Part shown: one piece after another, positions 47,368 to 58,271 of the stretch
How the letters are laid out: each line of letters begins with the position of its first letter
Numbering within the stretch: position 1 is the stretch's first letter
DNA from: an uncultured Actinomycetes bacterium
GTDB lineage: Bacteria > Actinomycetota > Actinomycetes > Nanopelagicales > Nanopelagicaceae
Assembly: GCA_903834705.1 (NCBI GenBank)
Contig: CAILKF010000015.1
Location: 2,250 to 66,249 of the forward strand
DNA: 64,000 bases
Direction of reading: 5' to 3'
Notes under the pieces: generated by a model
Databases searched by the model: none
Told to the model about the DNA's origin: nothing
The model's input: the letters and a program-made list of their open reading frames with translations, nothing else
Position numbers and translations under genes: made by a program

Positions 47368-50300
47368 TAAGCCCCGATTCATCGAGAAGATTAGCTGGAC
47401 CATCAGTGATCGCCGTCGGCACGTAATGAAATGCCGCTTTGACCTGATCTACATGTACGCCTTGCAATTTGGCCCATGCTAAACGGTAAATTGCTAATTG
47501 AATGGCAGATGATTCTCCCAATTTCTTGGAGCCCGTTTTCCAATCTATAACTTCGAAGTGATCGCCTTCTTTGTAAATCGCATCGATTCGACCTCGGACC
47601 AAAACTCCTGCAATAACGGTTTCAAAAGGCACTTCTACCGCGTATGGCTGGCGAGTGGCCCACGTGGAAGCTAGCCATTTCTCTTTCAACTCCTCCAACG
47701 TTTGGTCGGGTTCGAGTTGATCTAATGAATCTAAATCGTCATCATCAAAGAGAGTTGCTTGTCCAAAATATTTCTCAACCCATAAGTGAAAGATTGTGCC
47801 TCTGCGTGAGTACTCATCTTGCGGCCGAGGCATTGGACGCCGTATTGCTAACGCTAATTCTTGCGGATTCTCGCGTAAGGCAACCAGTGCCGATACGGAC
47901 ATCCGAGGGGGAAGTAATACCTGTGCGGCAACTTTCTTGCGCGCTAATTCGGCAATCAGTGCGTTGGCATCGCGAACCCACGATGCAACTATTGGATCTG
48001 ATTCTTGACCTAAGCCATGCGGAGAACTCGCACGAACGAGCGCAATTTCGGAATCAAATGCATCTCGTCGCTCGCCCAGCGGATCGCGTGGCCAGATACC
48101 TGTGAGTGGATTCTCCAGTTTCGGATTTTGCGCATCGGGATCTGTTACTGTGAAATCTGAAAGTAGGGTTCCACCTTCTGCACGTGCAATCTCAACAACT
48201 CGCTCATACAACTCACTTGGTTGCACAGGTTTTGTGCCATCTCTCCAGTAGGAAGTAGTACAGAGAAGGTGAGTGCGAGCCCTAGTGACTGCAACATAGC
48301 CCAAGCGAATTTCTTCAATGCTCTTTAAATCATCACACACTTTAGAAAAGGCATCAAAAACTTTCTTTATTTCAGTATTTGATTCGCAATGATCTATCGA
48401 GAAAGTTGGAAGTTCCGATGCATCACCACGCAATGCAAAAGGAATGTGCTTCTCATTGGTGAGCCAATTGTCTTTTTCCTTATTTCCTGAACTTGGAAAT
48501 GTTCCATCTGCCAGACCAGGCACTGCAACAACATCCCATTCGGCACCTTTTGCGGTGTGGATTGTCAGAATTTGAACAACATCGCGTCTTACCTCTGGAG
48601 TGCCTGATTTAAGTCCACCTTCTTCGGAACCAGCCACATCTAGCCACGTGAGAAATTCTGAAATTGTGCCGCCGGCTCTGGAAAACTTGGAGGCTTCGTC
48701 GAGGAAGCGATCGAGGTGGCGACGGCCATTATGTACCCCATCACGAAGAGCAACTTCAACATCGAGGAATAAGTAGTTTTCTATTTCTGAAATAACGTCA
48801 ACAAGTGAATTACTGGCTCTTGAGCGCAGGCGTCTTAGATCGGCTGCAAAGTTAAGTAATCGTGAAAACCCGGTAGGTGAGAAAGTTTTTTTATCTGCGT
48901 TTTCTATTTCATCAAGGGCGTCGATAACGCTTCCCATGAATTGATCATCAGCTTCTTCTTGCATGGGATTGCCCGCAACAATTTTTGCTATCTTGCCTTT
49001 GGAGTTCTCGTGCGATTGATCTGAGCGAGCCCGACAATATCTACCTAATGCAGAAATGTCGGCTGCACCTAAATTGATTCTTGGGCCAACAAGGTGCCGC
49101 ATGAGCGAAGCACCCGCCTCAGGGTCTGTAATGACTCGTAGTAAAGAGATAACGTCGGCGGCTTCTGCAACATGAATTAATCCGCCCACTCCTAATACTT
49201 CAACAGGAATCTTTGCTTTTCGAAGTGCTATTTCTATTTCTGCAATTTGAGAGCGCTTACGAACAAGTACTGCAAAAGATGTACGTTGATTTTCTGGTGC
49301 GCTTTCTCGCTCAGAGCTGAACCACAGCGGGATGAAATATTCGGCGATGGCGTTAGCTTCTGCTTCTATTGATTCAAAGATTCCACATGCCAAGTTTCCA
49401 ACTCCCGCTCCTTCTCGAGCGACAAGCGGAGCAACTTCAACAGGGATCATTTGGCGTACTTGCTCTGAAATAGCATTTGCAACATTGAGAATTATTTGAT
49501 CATTCCTAAACGTTGTTGACAGTGAATATAGTTTGGGCCCTTTTTGCCCTGATATTTTTGGAAAACTTGAATCAAAAGAACCGATGGTGCCAGCAGATGC
49601 TCCACGCCATGTATAGATGGCTTGGCATGGGTCTCCCACCGCCATGACCGGGTGGCCCGCTCCAAATAGGGATGAAAGCATGCGGACTTGGGATTGCGAT
49701 GTGTCTTGATACTCGTCGAGCAAAACTATTTTGTAACGTGATTTCTCAATCTGCGCCACCTCTGGAAATTCTTCACTAATTCTTGCGGCCAACGACATCT
49801 GATCATCAAAGGAAAGTGAGCCATCTTTTTGACGGTTAAGAGTAAAGGCACTGACCATCGGCAAAATTGCTATCCGTTGAGTAAGAACTTTGCTCACATT
49901 ACGTACTGACTCATTGGACTTGACGCCCATGGATTCGATTTTTTCTAGAATCGGTTGCGAGTATTCGATGATTTGTTCAGGACTTACTTGATGTTCTTGA
50001 ATAAGCCGAGTGAGGCCAATGACATCTTTAATTACTGTACTGAGTGCACTTTGTGATCGGAACTCATCATCGGGCCAATTTCTGACTAAGTCAGATGCCA
50101 TCTGCCAGATAGCAGCCTCTCCTAAGGGTTCTTCATTTGCATCAATGCCGTAGCGAATTGAATGCTCGCCAAGAAGTCTTCCGGCATATGAGTGATAAGT
50201 CATCACATGCGCATCGACTGCCGTGTTCTTTGGTAATAGTCCACTTGCTCGTAATTGACGCAAGCGACCCCTAATTCGAATTCCCAGTTCTCCCGCTGAT

Positions 50301-50542
50301 TTGCGAGTAAAAGTTAATCCCAATATTTCATCAGGAGCGACCAAGCCATTGGCGACTAAATAAAGCACGCGAGCACTCATAGTCTCTGTCTTACCTGAGC
50401 CCGCGCCAGCTATCACTACTGCTGGCTCAAGAGGTGCGGAAATAATCGCAGACTGTTCGGCTGTCGGAATTCGCATCCTGCTATCAACGGTACTGAGCGC
50501 TTTAGCAATATCTAAAGGTGAATATCGAATGTGTGAACTCAT
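47345..50542 (-). CDS. adnB: Helicase-nuclease AdnB (UvrD-like motor plus C-terminal PD-(D/E)xK nuclease)
   Basis: Walker A is AGAGSGKT and the box LLDEYQDT is present. The C-terminal nuclease region is GRIDAIY...VIDWKTG. I prefer the ATG at 50542, which forms an ATGA overlap with the adnA stop. Confidence 0.83.
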   Translation of the reverse strand: MSSHIRYSPLDIAKALSTVDSRMRIPTAEQSAIISAPLEPAVVIAGAGSGKTETMSARVLYLVANGLVAPDEILGLTFTRKSAGELGIRIRGRLRQLRASGLLPKNTAVDAHVMTYHSYAGRLLGEHSIRYGIDANEEPLGEAAIWQMASDLVRNWPDDEFRSQSALSTVIKDVIGLTRLIQEHQVSPEQIIEYSQPILEKIESMGVKSNESVRNVSKVLTQRIAILPMVSAFTLNRQKDGSLSFDDQMSLAARISEEFPEVAQIEKSRYKIVLLDEYQDTSQSQVRMLSSLFGAGHPVMAVGDPCQAIYTWRGASAGTIGSFDSSFPKISGQKGPKLYSLSTTFRNDQIILNVANAISEQVRQMIPVEVAPLVAREGAGVGNLACGIFESIEAEANAIAEYFIPLWFSSERESAPENQRTSFAVLVRKRSQIAEIEIALRKAKIPVEVLGVGGLIHVAEAADVISLLRVITDPEAGASLMRHLVGPRINLGAADISALGRYCRARSDQSHENSKGKIAKIVAGNPMQEEADDQFMGSVIDALDEIENADKKTFSPTGFSRLLNFAADLRRLRSRASNSLVDVISEIENYLFLDVEVALRDGVHNGRRHLDRFLDEASKFSRAGGTISEFLTWLDVAGSEEGGLKSGTPEVRRDVVQILTIHTAKGAEWDVVAVPGLADGTFPSSGNKEKDNWLTNEKHIPFALRGDASELPTFSIDHCESNTEIKKVFDAFSKVCDDLKSIEEIRLGYVAVTRARTHLLCTTSYWRDGTKPVQPSELYERVVEIARAEGGTLLSDFTVTDPDAQNPKLENPLTGIWPRDPLGERRDAFDSEIALVRASSPHGLGQESDPIVASWVRDANALIAELARKKVAAQVLLPPRMSVSALVALRENPQELALAIRRPMPRPQDEYSRRGTIFHLWVEKYFGQATLFDDDDLDSLDQLEPDQTLEELKEKWLASTWATRQPYAVEVPFETVIAGVLVRGRIDAIYKEGDHFEVIDWKTGSKKLGESSAIQLAIYRLAWAKLQGVHVDQVKAAFHYVPTAITDGPANLLDESGLITLLEKY

Positions 50543-53500
50543 TCCATCACCATCCGACCATCGTTTTGGATGGGGCAAGCGCTACGAACGGCGCAATTCT
50601 TACAGCGATCATTGATGGTTGCTAAAAATTGATGGGCCCCCATAGCCTCTGCAATTACTTGAATTTCCTCTTTAAATTCCTCTGTTTTTACACCAATAGA
50701 TGGCTGATTTCGCAAGGAAGCATCAACACTTTTGGAGGCTAAATAGACTAACTCGGCGCCCGCACTTTCTTTGCTTTCATGGTGCTCAGTAAAACCACCT
50801 TCGGTAACAGCAAGTTGGTATGCCAACATTTGCTTATTAACACGCGCCTCTTCTTTTGTAATGATGCTGGAGCCAGTTTTGAAATCAACAATAAATAGAG
50901 CACCATCTGCCCCTACTTCTAATCGATCTACGCTTCCTCGAATTCTTGCTCTACCGATGACAATGTCGAATTCGACTTCTACTCCAACGATTTCACGTTT
51001 GTTCAACGCTTGGTTGTGGTAAGCGACAAACTTATGAAGCATGTCAACTGCACGACTTAATTGCGTTGCACTTACCCAGCCAGTATTTGGATCAATGAGC
51101 TTCCAAGCGTCGCTGAGATTTGAAACTAAATCGGCCTCGGTTAAATTTGGTTCCTCCTTCATGCGTGCCGCAAATGCGTGTATCGCAGAACCTAAAACTT
51201 GAGCGGTGCTATCACCGTTTGTTCCGCCACTTTTTTCAAGGAACCATTTAACTCCGCACTCTGTAAAACTCTCTGCGCTACTTGGAGATACCGGAACAAC
51301 GGCATCCGCGGCAATGATGGGTTCATTGGTGCTCAGCGGAATGACTCCAGACCACGATTGAACATCTGCCTCAGATAGTCCTTCATTAGCTAAACGTTTA
51401 AGAAGGGAGGCTGAAACATCTGCTTCTTTTTTGCCAAGATGACTTCGTAATTGCGCAACTAAAGATGATGGTGTTATCGGGCGTGGAACTTGAGTCATCT
51501 CTGGTTCTTGGCTCCACTCACCCAAGACGTGAGTTGAGATTTCTTCAAAGAAAGATGAAGGCTCTTCTTCATCTTTTTGAACAGCGGTTGTAATAAGGGT
51601 TGATTTAGCACGAGTGAGCGCTACGTAAAGTAAGCGTCTTTCGTCGTGGGCAAGACCATTTGCAGTTAAGACATCGAGCTCGGCGCGCGGTAATCCACCG
51701 TGTCTGGCTCTCTCAACTAAACGCTCACTTCCTAGTAGTGATCCGCGTTGTCGTAAATTCGGCCATGTACCTTCTTGCAGGCCTGCAACTGCAACAATTT
51801 CCCATTCGCGACCTTTAGATGCATGAATAGTTACTATCTCAACAACATCTGGCCTTTGACCTTTTGCAGTTATTGCATCGCCAAGAATGTCTTCCTTGGA
51901 AATTTGGGCTATGAAACTTTCTGCTTTTGAATGTGGAAAGCGCTCGGCAAATCTGCGGGCTTCTTCAAAGAGTTGCATAACTGCATCGAGATCACGATCT
52001 GCCGATGCACCTCGCAAGCCACCGCGTAACGCTTGTTTTCTCCAACTCTCACTCAGCGCAACACCATCACTAGTGCGCGCATTGCTCCAGATCTCCCATA
52101 ATAAATCTTCAGCCTGCGTATTTTTCTTGCGCAGGATTTTTCGTGCGCCTTGTAGTAATTGATAAATGTTTGTCAGCGATTGCGCACCTTCAATCGGAAT
52201 ATCGCCTTTATCAATGGCATCATGCAACATGACTGACCCTGGACGTAAATCATCTTCTTGGCGAGATGCCAAAAGCGCACGTCGCATTCGACGAAGTGAA
52301 ACAGAATCTGCTCCACCAAATTCACTAAGTAATAATCGTTCACAATTGTGAACTGACAATTCTTTCGAACCAATTGCAATTTCAGCCAGCAATAGGAAAG
52401 GTGCAATCGCAGGATTACCAGATAGCGCTTGAGTTTGCGATGAAACGGGAATTGATGCCTGCGCAAATGCTCTCCGCAGTGCGTTGGCTTGGGCCCCTGG
52501 AGTTCGCAAAATAACTGCCATCTCATTCCATGGTGTTCCATGTATTAAATGTGCATATCTCAATTGGTAGGCAATAAATTGCGCTTCTTCACTTTGCGAA
52601 CGAAAGCGCCCGACAATCACTGCTGGATCGCTATTTTTTGGCTCCACCACCTCACACGTGCGCGCACGTTGTGGAGCGCTACCTTTGAATTGTGAAGATA
52701 TCGCCATACCAACGTTGAATATCTCTGGCACACCTCGGAAAGATTGAGTAAGAACTATCTCTTTACCGATTGCACGATAGTGATCGAGCTCAACATCGAG
52801 TTGATCAGGGTCAGCTCCTCGAAAGCGTCCTACTGCGCTATCTGCATCAGCACATAACACCAAGTCAGAACCTGCAAGCTCGCGCAATAATTGCCGTTGA
52901 GCAGGATCGCTTTCTTGGAATTCGTCAACCAAAATAGTCGTAAATCGCTCACGTAGTTGAGTCGTAATTTCTGGATTCGTTTTTAGGTGTCTATAGGCCT
53001 CGATGACAATTTGGCTTGGGTCGATTCTTAATTTTGCATCTCCTGCTGATTCTGACTGCAAAGTCATGACATCGAGATATTGCTCCCAAAATGCACTGGC
53101 TGGTTTCCAATAAGGCTCACTAAATTCGGCGCTGCTTTTCGCAAGATCTTGTGGCGACAATCCGCGTTCAGAGGCGCGCAAGATTAAGTCTCGAAGTTCG
53201 CGAGCAAATCCATGAGTTGTAAGTGCCTTTTCTAAATCTGCTGGCCAATATTTCTTTGTACTTGCAATATCGCCTTCAAGCAATTGGGTAATGAAATATT
53301 CTTGTTCTGGACCTGACATCAGAATTGGTTCAGGTGCATCTACATGAGATTTCATTTTTAATATCGAATAAGCAAGCGAGTGAAAAGTCCGAGCGAGTGG
53401 CTCGTGCATGATTGCCGTTGTTCGTAGCGCAACCGCATCACGTAACTCAGATGCTCTCTCGCGCCCGTACGTTAAAAGCAATATCGAATTTGGATTTTGG

Positions 53501-53691
53501 CCATCTGCAATACGTGAAAGTGCAGATTCAACAAGTAGCGTGGTTTTTCCTGTGCCGGGTCCTGCAAGAACGACAAGTGGAGACCCGCGATGTGCGATAA
53601 CGCTTTTTTGCTCATCAGTAAAAGTGAGTTCTTTTATAAGAAGTGGCCGGCGAACTAACTCACCAACAAGCCCCACACTGTCTTTGCTCAC
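50539..53691 (-). CDS. adnA: Helicase-nuclease AdnA
   Basis: 1050-aa ORF with GPGTGKT and LVDEFQES. The C-terminal nuclease region is GSVDRLE...IVDFKTG, followed by a Cys cluster (CKNCAVRSACP). GTG start. Confidence 0.83.
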   Translation of the reverse strand: MSKDSVGLVGELVRRPLLIKELTFTDEQKSVIAHRGSPLVVLAGPGTGKTTLLVESALSRIADGQNPNSILLLTYGRERASELRDAVALRTTAIMHEPLARTFHSLAYSILKMKSHVDAPEPILMSGPEQEYFITQLLEGDIASTKKYWPADLEKALTTHGFARELRDLILRASERGLSPQDLAKSSAEFSEPYWKPASAFWEQYLDVMTLQSESAGDAKLRIDPSQIVIEAYRHLKTNPEITTQLRERFTTILVDEFQESDPAQRQLLRELAGSDLVLCADADSAVGRFRGADPDQLDVELDHYRAIGKEIVLTQSFRGVPEIFNVGMAISSQFKGSAPQRARTCEVVEPKNSDPAVIVGRFRSQSEEAQFIAYQLRYAHLIHGTPWNEMAVILRTPGAQANALRRAFAQASIPVSSQTQALSGNPAIAPFLLLAEIAIGSKELSVHNCERLLLSEFGGADSVSLRRMRRALLASRQEDDLRPGSVMLHDAIDKGDIPIEGAQSLTNIYQLLQGARKILRKKNTQAEDLLWEIWSNARTSDGVALSESWRKQALRGGLRGASADRDLDAVMQLFEEARRFAERFPHSKAESFIAQISKEDILGDAITAKGQRPDVVEIVTIHASKGREWEIVAVAGLQEGTWPNLRQRGSLLGSERLVERARHGGLPRAELDVLTANGLAHDERRLLYVALTRAKSTLITTAVQKDEEEPSSFFEEISTHVLGEWSQEPEMTQVPRPITPSSLVAQLRSHLGKKEADVSASLLKRLANEGLSEADVQSWSGVIPLSTNEPIIAADAVVPVSPSSAESFTECGVKWFLEKSGGTNGDSTAQVLGSAIHAFAARMKEEPNLTEADLVSNLSDAWKLIDPNTGWVSATQLSRAVDMLHKFVAYHNQALNKREIVGVEVEFDIVIGRARIRGSVDRLEVGADGALFIVDFKTGSSIITKEEARVNKQMLAYQLAVTEGGFTEHHESKESAGAELVYLASKSVDASLRNQPSIGVKTEEFKEEIQVIAEAMGAHQFLATINDRCKNCAVRSACPIQNDGRMVME

Positions 53692-53733
53692 AAGGCCATT
53701 TAACCCGAGCGAGGTGACATTAAGCCCAAATGA

Positions 53734-55629
53734 CTACTGATTGGCTTTCTTGGCGCGTGCGGTGAGGCGAGCGCGCTCGTCTCCGTTAAGGATCACCTTA
53801 CGAATTCGAACCACTGCAGGAGTGACCTCTACGCATTCATCCTCACGGCAAAACTCAAGAGCACCTTCCATGTTGAGCTTCTTAGGTGGAATTAAGCGCT
53901 CTGTTTCATCGGTTCCAGAAGCGCGCATGTTAGTTAATTTCTTTTCGCGAACACAGTTAACGTCCATATCTTCTGAACGTGAGTTCTCGCCAATGACCAT
54001 GCCTTCATACACTTCATCGCCTGGCTCAACGAAAATACTTCCGCGATCTTGTGTTCCATACAAAGCGTAAGAAGTAACTGAGCCCATGCGATCTGATACC
54101 AACGAACCCGTTGCGCGAGTACGGATATCTCCGTGCCACGCTTCGTAACCATCAAAGACGTGGTGCAGTAAACCTGTTCCGCGAGTTTCGGTAAGAAACT
54201 CAGTTCTGAAACCAATCAAACCTCGAGATGGGACGCGATAGTCAAGACGAATCCAGCCAGTGCCATGGTTAACCATTTGCTCCATGCGACCTTTACGTAG
54301 CGCCATCAATTGAGTAAGTACACCCAAATATTCTTCCGGTGCATCAATAGTGAGAGATTCCATTGGCTCGTGAATTTTGCCATCAATTTTCTTAATAACT
54401 ACTTGTGGTTTTCCTACGGTTAATTCAAAACCTTCGCGCTTCATGATTTCAACAAGAACAGCTAACTGAAGCTCTCCGCGACCTTGTACTTCCCATGTAT
54501 CTGGGCGATCAGTGTTAAGAACGCGAAGTGAAACGTTACCTACGAGCTCTGAATCTAGGCGACCTTTAACTTGGCGCGCTGTTAATTTAGAACCGCTTTT
54601 CCCAGCAAGTGGAGATGTATTAATACCAATAGTCATGGATATTGATGGTTCATCAACAATAATCAATGGCAGTGCTACTGGATTCTCGGTATCTGCAAGA
54701 GTTTCGCCCAAAGTAATAGTTTCGATGCCAGCTACCGCGATGATGTCGCCTGGGTGAGCCTCGAGCGCAGGAACACGATCAAGTGCTTCGGTAATAAGAA
54801 GTTCGGAAACTTTAACTTTCTCAGTTGTACCATCGGTCTTCATCCATGTAACCATCTGGCCCTTTTTAATGACACCTTCGCGAACGCGACAGAGTGCAAG
54901 GCGACCCAAAAATGGTGATGAGTCAAGGTTAGTCACGTGTGCTTGAAGTGGTGCACCTTCGTGATACACGGGAGCAGGAATTGCAGAAAAGATGGTGTCG
55001 AACAAAATATCTAGGTTCTCTTCTTCTGGCATTCCGCCATCTGCAGGACGTGTTAAAGATGCGCGACCAGCTTTTGCAGAAGCATAAACAACAGGAAATT
55101 CAATCTGCTCTTCGTTTGCATCAAGGTCTAGGAAGAGCTCGTATGTCTCATCAACAACTTCGGCAATACGTGAGTCTGGGCGATCTACTTTGTTAATGAG
55201 AAGAATGACGGGCAAATTCTTTTGTAGAGCTTTGCGTAGAACGAAACGCGTTTGAGGCAATGGTCCTTCAGATGCATCTACTAACAAAATTACGCCATCA
55301 ACCATTTCTAGTCCGCGCTCTACCTCGCCACCGAAATCGGCGTGGCCAGGGGTATCGATAATGTTGACGATTGTGTTTCCGCGCTTAACAGCAGTGTTCT
55401 TGGCAAGAATTGTGATTCCTTTTTCGCGCTCAAGATCCATCGAATCCATCATGCGGTCTTGGCCTTCGTCTTGCTTCTTATATGCGGCAAATGCGCCTGA
55501 TTGCCACAACATGGCGTCAACAAGGGTGGTCTTGCCGTGGTCAACGTGAGCGATGATCGCGACGTTACGTAAGTCCTCGCGCTTTTTGATTGGCAAACCT
55601 GCCAGGTGCGCGGTTGATGACTTGGACAT
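53734..55629 (-). CDS. typA: Translational GTPase TypA/BipA
   Basis: 631-aa ORF with AHVDHGKTTL, DTPGHADFGGEV and NKVD. Confidence 0.95.
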   Translation of the reverse strand: MSKSSTAHLAGLPIKKREDLRNVAIIAHVDHGKTTLVDAMLWQSGAFAAYKKQDEGQDRMMDSMDLEREKGITILAKNTAVKRGNTIVNIIDTPGHADFGGEVERGLEMVDGVILLVDASEGPLPQTRFVLRKALQKNLPVILLINKVDRPDSRIAEVVDETYELFLDLDANEEQIEFPVVYASAKAGRASLTRPADGGMPEEENLDILFDTIFSAIPAPVYHEGAPLQAHVTNLDSSPFLGRLALCRVREGVIKKGQMVTWMKTDGTTEKVKVSELLITEALDRVPALEAHPGDIIAVAGIETITLGETLADTENPVALPLIIVDEPSISMTIGINTSPLAGKSGSKLTARQVKGRLDSELVGNVSLRVLNTDRPDTWEVQGRGELQLAVLVEIMKREGFELTVGKPQVVIKKIDGKIHEPMESLTIDAPEEYLGVLTQLMALRKGRMEQMVNHGTGWIRLDYRVPSRGLIGFRTEFLTETRGTGLLHHVFDGYEAWHGDIRTRATGSLVSDRMGSVTSYALYGTQDRGSIFVEPGDEVYEGMVIGENSRSEDMDVNCVREKKLTNMRASGTDETERLIPPKKLNMEGALEFCREDECVEVTPAVVRIRKVILNGDERARLTARAKKANQ

Positions 55630-55789
55630 TGACCCTCAGTTCTTCTCGATTGCGCTCGTTTTGACTATCAACGCAGCGGTGAAGGGTAGCATCAAGGGGC
55701 ATTGACTCTTAAATCGTGTGTTTTTTAAGCGCAAGTAATGATTAGATTGGCAAGAGAATTCATAGATTAAGTAATGATCAGGAGCGGAC

Positions 55790-57142
55790 ATGACAGAGCC
55801 AAAAGCTAATCCAGAAAAAGGCGCACAAGTCTATGCAGCCGATAGGGCGCATGTTTTTCATTCATGGTCTGCTCAAGCCCAAATTAAGCCAATGACAATT
55901 GCAGGAGCGCAAGGATCTTACTTTTGGGATTATGACGGAAATACATATTTAGATTTCTCATGTCAATTGGTTTTTACAAATATTGGTCATCAGCATCCCA
56001 AGGTCGTGAAAGCGATTCAAGAGCAAGCAGCAGTGCTAACAACTATTGCCCCACAACATGCAAATGATGCTCGTAATGAAGCCGCCAAGAGAATTGTTGA
56101 ATTAGCAGGATCAAAATTTAATAAAGTCTTCTTCACCGCCGCTGGCGCAGATGCAGTTGAGAACGCTATTCGCATGGCTCGTTTACACACCGGCAAGAGC
56201 AAAGTTCTTTCAACCTACCGCTCCTATCATGGCAATACAGGAGCGTCGATTAATGCAACAGGTGACCCACGCAGATTCCCCAATGAATTTGCAACAGGAC
56301 ATGTGCATTTCTGGGGTCCATATCTTTATCGTTCTGCTTTCTGGGCAAGCGACGAAGCTCAAGAGTGCAAACGTGCACTTGAACATCTAGAGCAGACAAT
56401 TATCTTTGAAGGACCTAAAACTATTGCTGCAATCATTATCGAATCTGTTCCGGGTACTGCAGGTGTTTTGACGCCACCTCCGGGATATCTCGATGGCTTG
56501 CGCGCGCTATGCGACAAGTACGAAATCATGTGGATCGCAGATGAAGTAATGGCTGGATTTGGACGCACTGGTAAATGGTTTGCATATCAACATTGCAATT
56601 CATTGCCCGATTTAATTGTCTTTGCTAAGGGAATTACTTCAGGCTACGTGCCACTAGGTGGAGTCGTTATTTCAGAAGCTATTGCTAAGACTTTTGACGA
56701 TCGAGTTTTCCCTGGTGGGCTTACATATTCTGGACACCCTCTTGCATGTGCAACTGCAGTTGCAACAGTAGATGCAATGAAAGATGAAAAAATGGTTGAG
56801 AATGCCGCCCATATCGGCGAAACTATTTTGGGACCAGGACTTCGTGAATTAGCTAAAAAGCATAAGGTCATTGGTGACATCCGCGGAAATGGTGTTTTCT
56901 GGGGAATCGACATGGTCACCGATCGTGCAACCCGCGAGCCACTTGCTCCCTATGGTGGAACAAGTCCTGCAATGAATGAATTAGTGGCTGAATGTAAGAA
57001 AAATGGCTTGATGCCGTTTAATAATTTCAATCGTATTCATATAGCGCCACCATGCAACATCTCAGAAGCCGATGCTAGAAAAGGCTTAGAGATATTGGAT
57101 AAATCACTGGCTGTTGTCGCTAAGTACTACACGGGGGCTTAA
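55790..57142 (+). CDS. Class III (omega-type) aminotransferase
   Basis: 450-aa ORF with a PLP fold-type I class III pattern (TAAGADAVENAIRMAR, WIADEVMAGFGRTGKWFA, FAKGITSGYVPLG). The substrate is not assignable by eye. Confidence 0.83.
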   Translation: MTEPKANPEKGAQVYAADRAHVFHSWSAQAQIKPMTIAGAQGSYFWDYDGNTYLDFSCQLVFTNIGHQHPKVVKAIQEQAAVLTTIAPQHANDARNEAAKRIVELAGSKFNKVFFTAAGADAVENAIRMARLHTGKSKVLSTYRSYHGNTGASINATGDPRRFPNEFATGHVHFWGPYLYRSAFWASDEAQECKRALEHLEQTIIFEGPKTIAAIIIESVPGTAGVLTPPPGYLDGLRALCDKYEIMWIADEVMAGFGRTGKWFAYQHCNSLPDLIVFAKGITSGYVPLGGVVISEAIAKTFDDRVFPGGLTYSGHPLACATAVATVDAMKDEKMVENAAHIGETILGPGLRELAKKHKVIGDIRGNGVFWGIDMVTDRATREPLAPYGGTSPAMNELVAECKKNGLMPFNNFNRIHIAPPCNISEADARKGLEILDKSLAVVAKYYTGA

Positions 57143-57146
57143 ATCT

Positions 57147-58220
57147 TTAAACGTTGAACCTAAATTCAACAACGTCCCCGTCGTGCATGATGTAGTCCTT
57201 ACCTTCCATCCGCACTTTTCCGTGCGCCTTTGCCTCAGTCATTGATCCAGTTGCAACTAAATCATCAAAGGAAACAACTTCTGCCTTAATAAAACCTTTT
57301 TGAAAATCAGTATGAATGACTCCGGCGGCCATTGGAGCAGTATCTCCGACATGAATTGTCCAGGCGCGGGCCTCTTTAGGGCCTGCAGTTAAATACGTCT
57401 GCAAGCCTAGAGTTCTAAATCCAACGTGGGCAAGCGTTGCAAGGCCAGGTTCAGTTAAGCCGATTGATTCAAGAAGTTCGAGCGCATCTTCATCGCTGAG
57501 CTCTGCAAGTTCGGCTTCCGTTTTTGCATCAAGAAATATTGCCTCTGCTGGTGTGACAAGTGCTGCTAATTTAGTGCGCAATTCTTTATCGTTCAATTCT
57601 GCTGCATCAACATTGAAAACATAGAGAAATGGTTTAGCGGTCAATAAGTGAAGTTCTGCAACTAATTCAAGATCAACTTTGCTACTCGACAAAGGTTTGC
57701 CTTCATTGAGAACTTTCTCTGCTTCTTTAACAGCGTCAAGTACTGGTTGGCGTTCCTTATTAGTACGCGCTTCTTTTTCGATGCGAGGTAGCGCTTTTTC
57801 GATAGTTTGTAAATCTGCGAGCGCTAATTCGGTGTTAATAATTTCCATATCACTGGCAGGATCAACGCGCCCTTCTACGTGAACAACATCCCCATCATTG
57901 AAGACTCGAATTACTTGGCAAATTGCATCGGTTTCGCGAATGTTGGCTAAGAATTTATTACCAAGACCGGCGCCCTCTGATGCACCTTTAACAATTCCTG
58001 CAATATCCACGAAAGAAACGACGGCGGGCAAAATAGTTTGGGATCCGAAAATCTTTGCAAGGACAGCCAGGCGAGGATCTGGAACTCCGACAACGCCCAC
58101 GTTAGGTTCGATCGTGGCGAAGGGGTAGTTGGCCGCCAGAACATTGTTCTTAGTCAGAGCGTTAAAAAGGGTGGATTTACCCACGTTAGGCATTCCGACG
58201 ATTCCGATAGAGAGGCTCAC
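57147..58220 (-). CDS. ychF: Redox-regulated ATPase YchF
   Basis: 357-aa ORF with [18 protein letters not shown] and a C-terminal TGS-like region ([13 protein letters not shown]). Confidence 0.95.
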   Translation of the reverse strand: MSLSIGIVGMPNVGKSTLFNALTKNNVLAANYPFATIEPNVGVVGVPDPRLAVLAKIFGSQTILPAVVSFVDIAGIVKGASEGAGLGNKFLANIRETDAICQVIRVFNDGDVVHVEGRVDPASDMEIINTELALADLQTIEKALPRIEKEARTNKERQPVLDAVKEAEKVLNEGKPLSSSKVDLELVAELHLLTAKPFLYVFNVDAAELNDKELRTKLAALVTPAEAIFLDAKTEAELAELSDEDALELLESIGLTEPGLATLAHVGFRTLGLQTYLTAGPKEARAWTIHVGDTAPMAAGVIHTDFQKGFIKAEVVSFDDLVATGSMTEAKAHGKVRMEGKDYIMHDGDVVEFRFNV

Positions 58221-58271
58221 AAGGAGTAGAGCCTACGGCGCTTTGTCAGTGGTTCCTGCCACGATAGGCCC

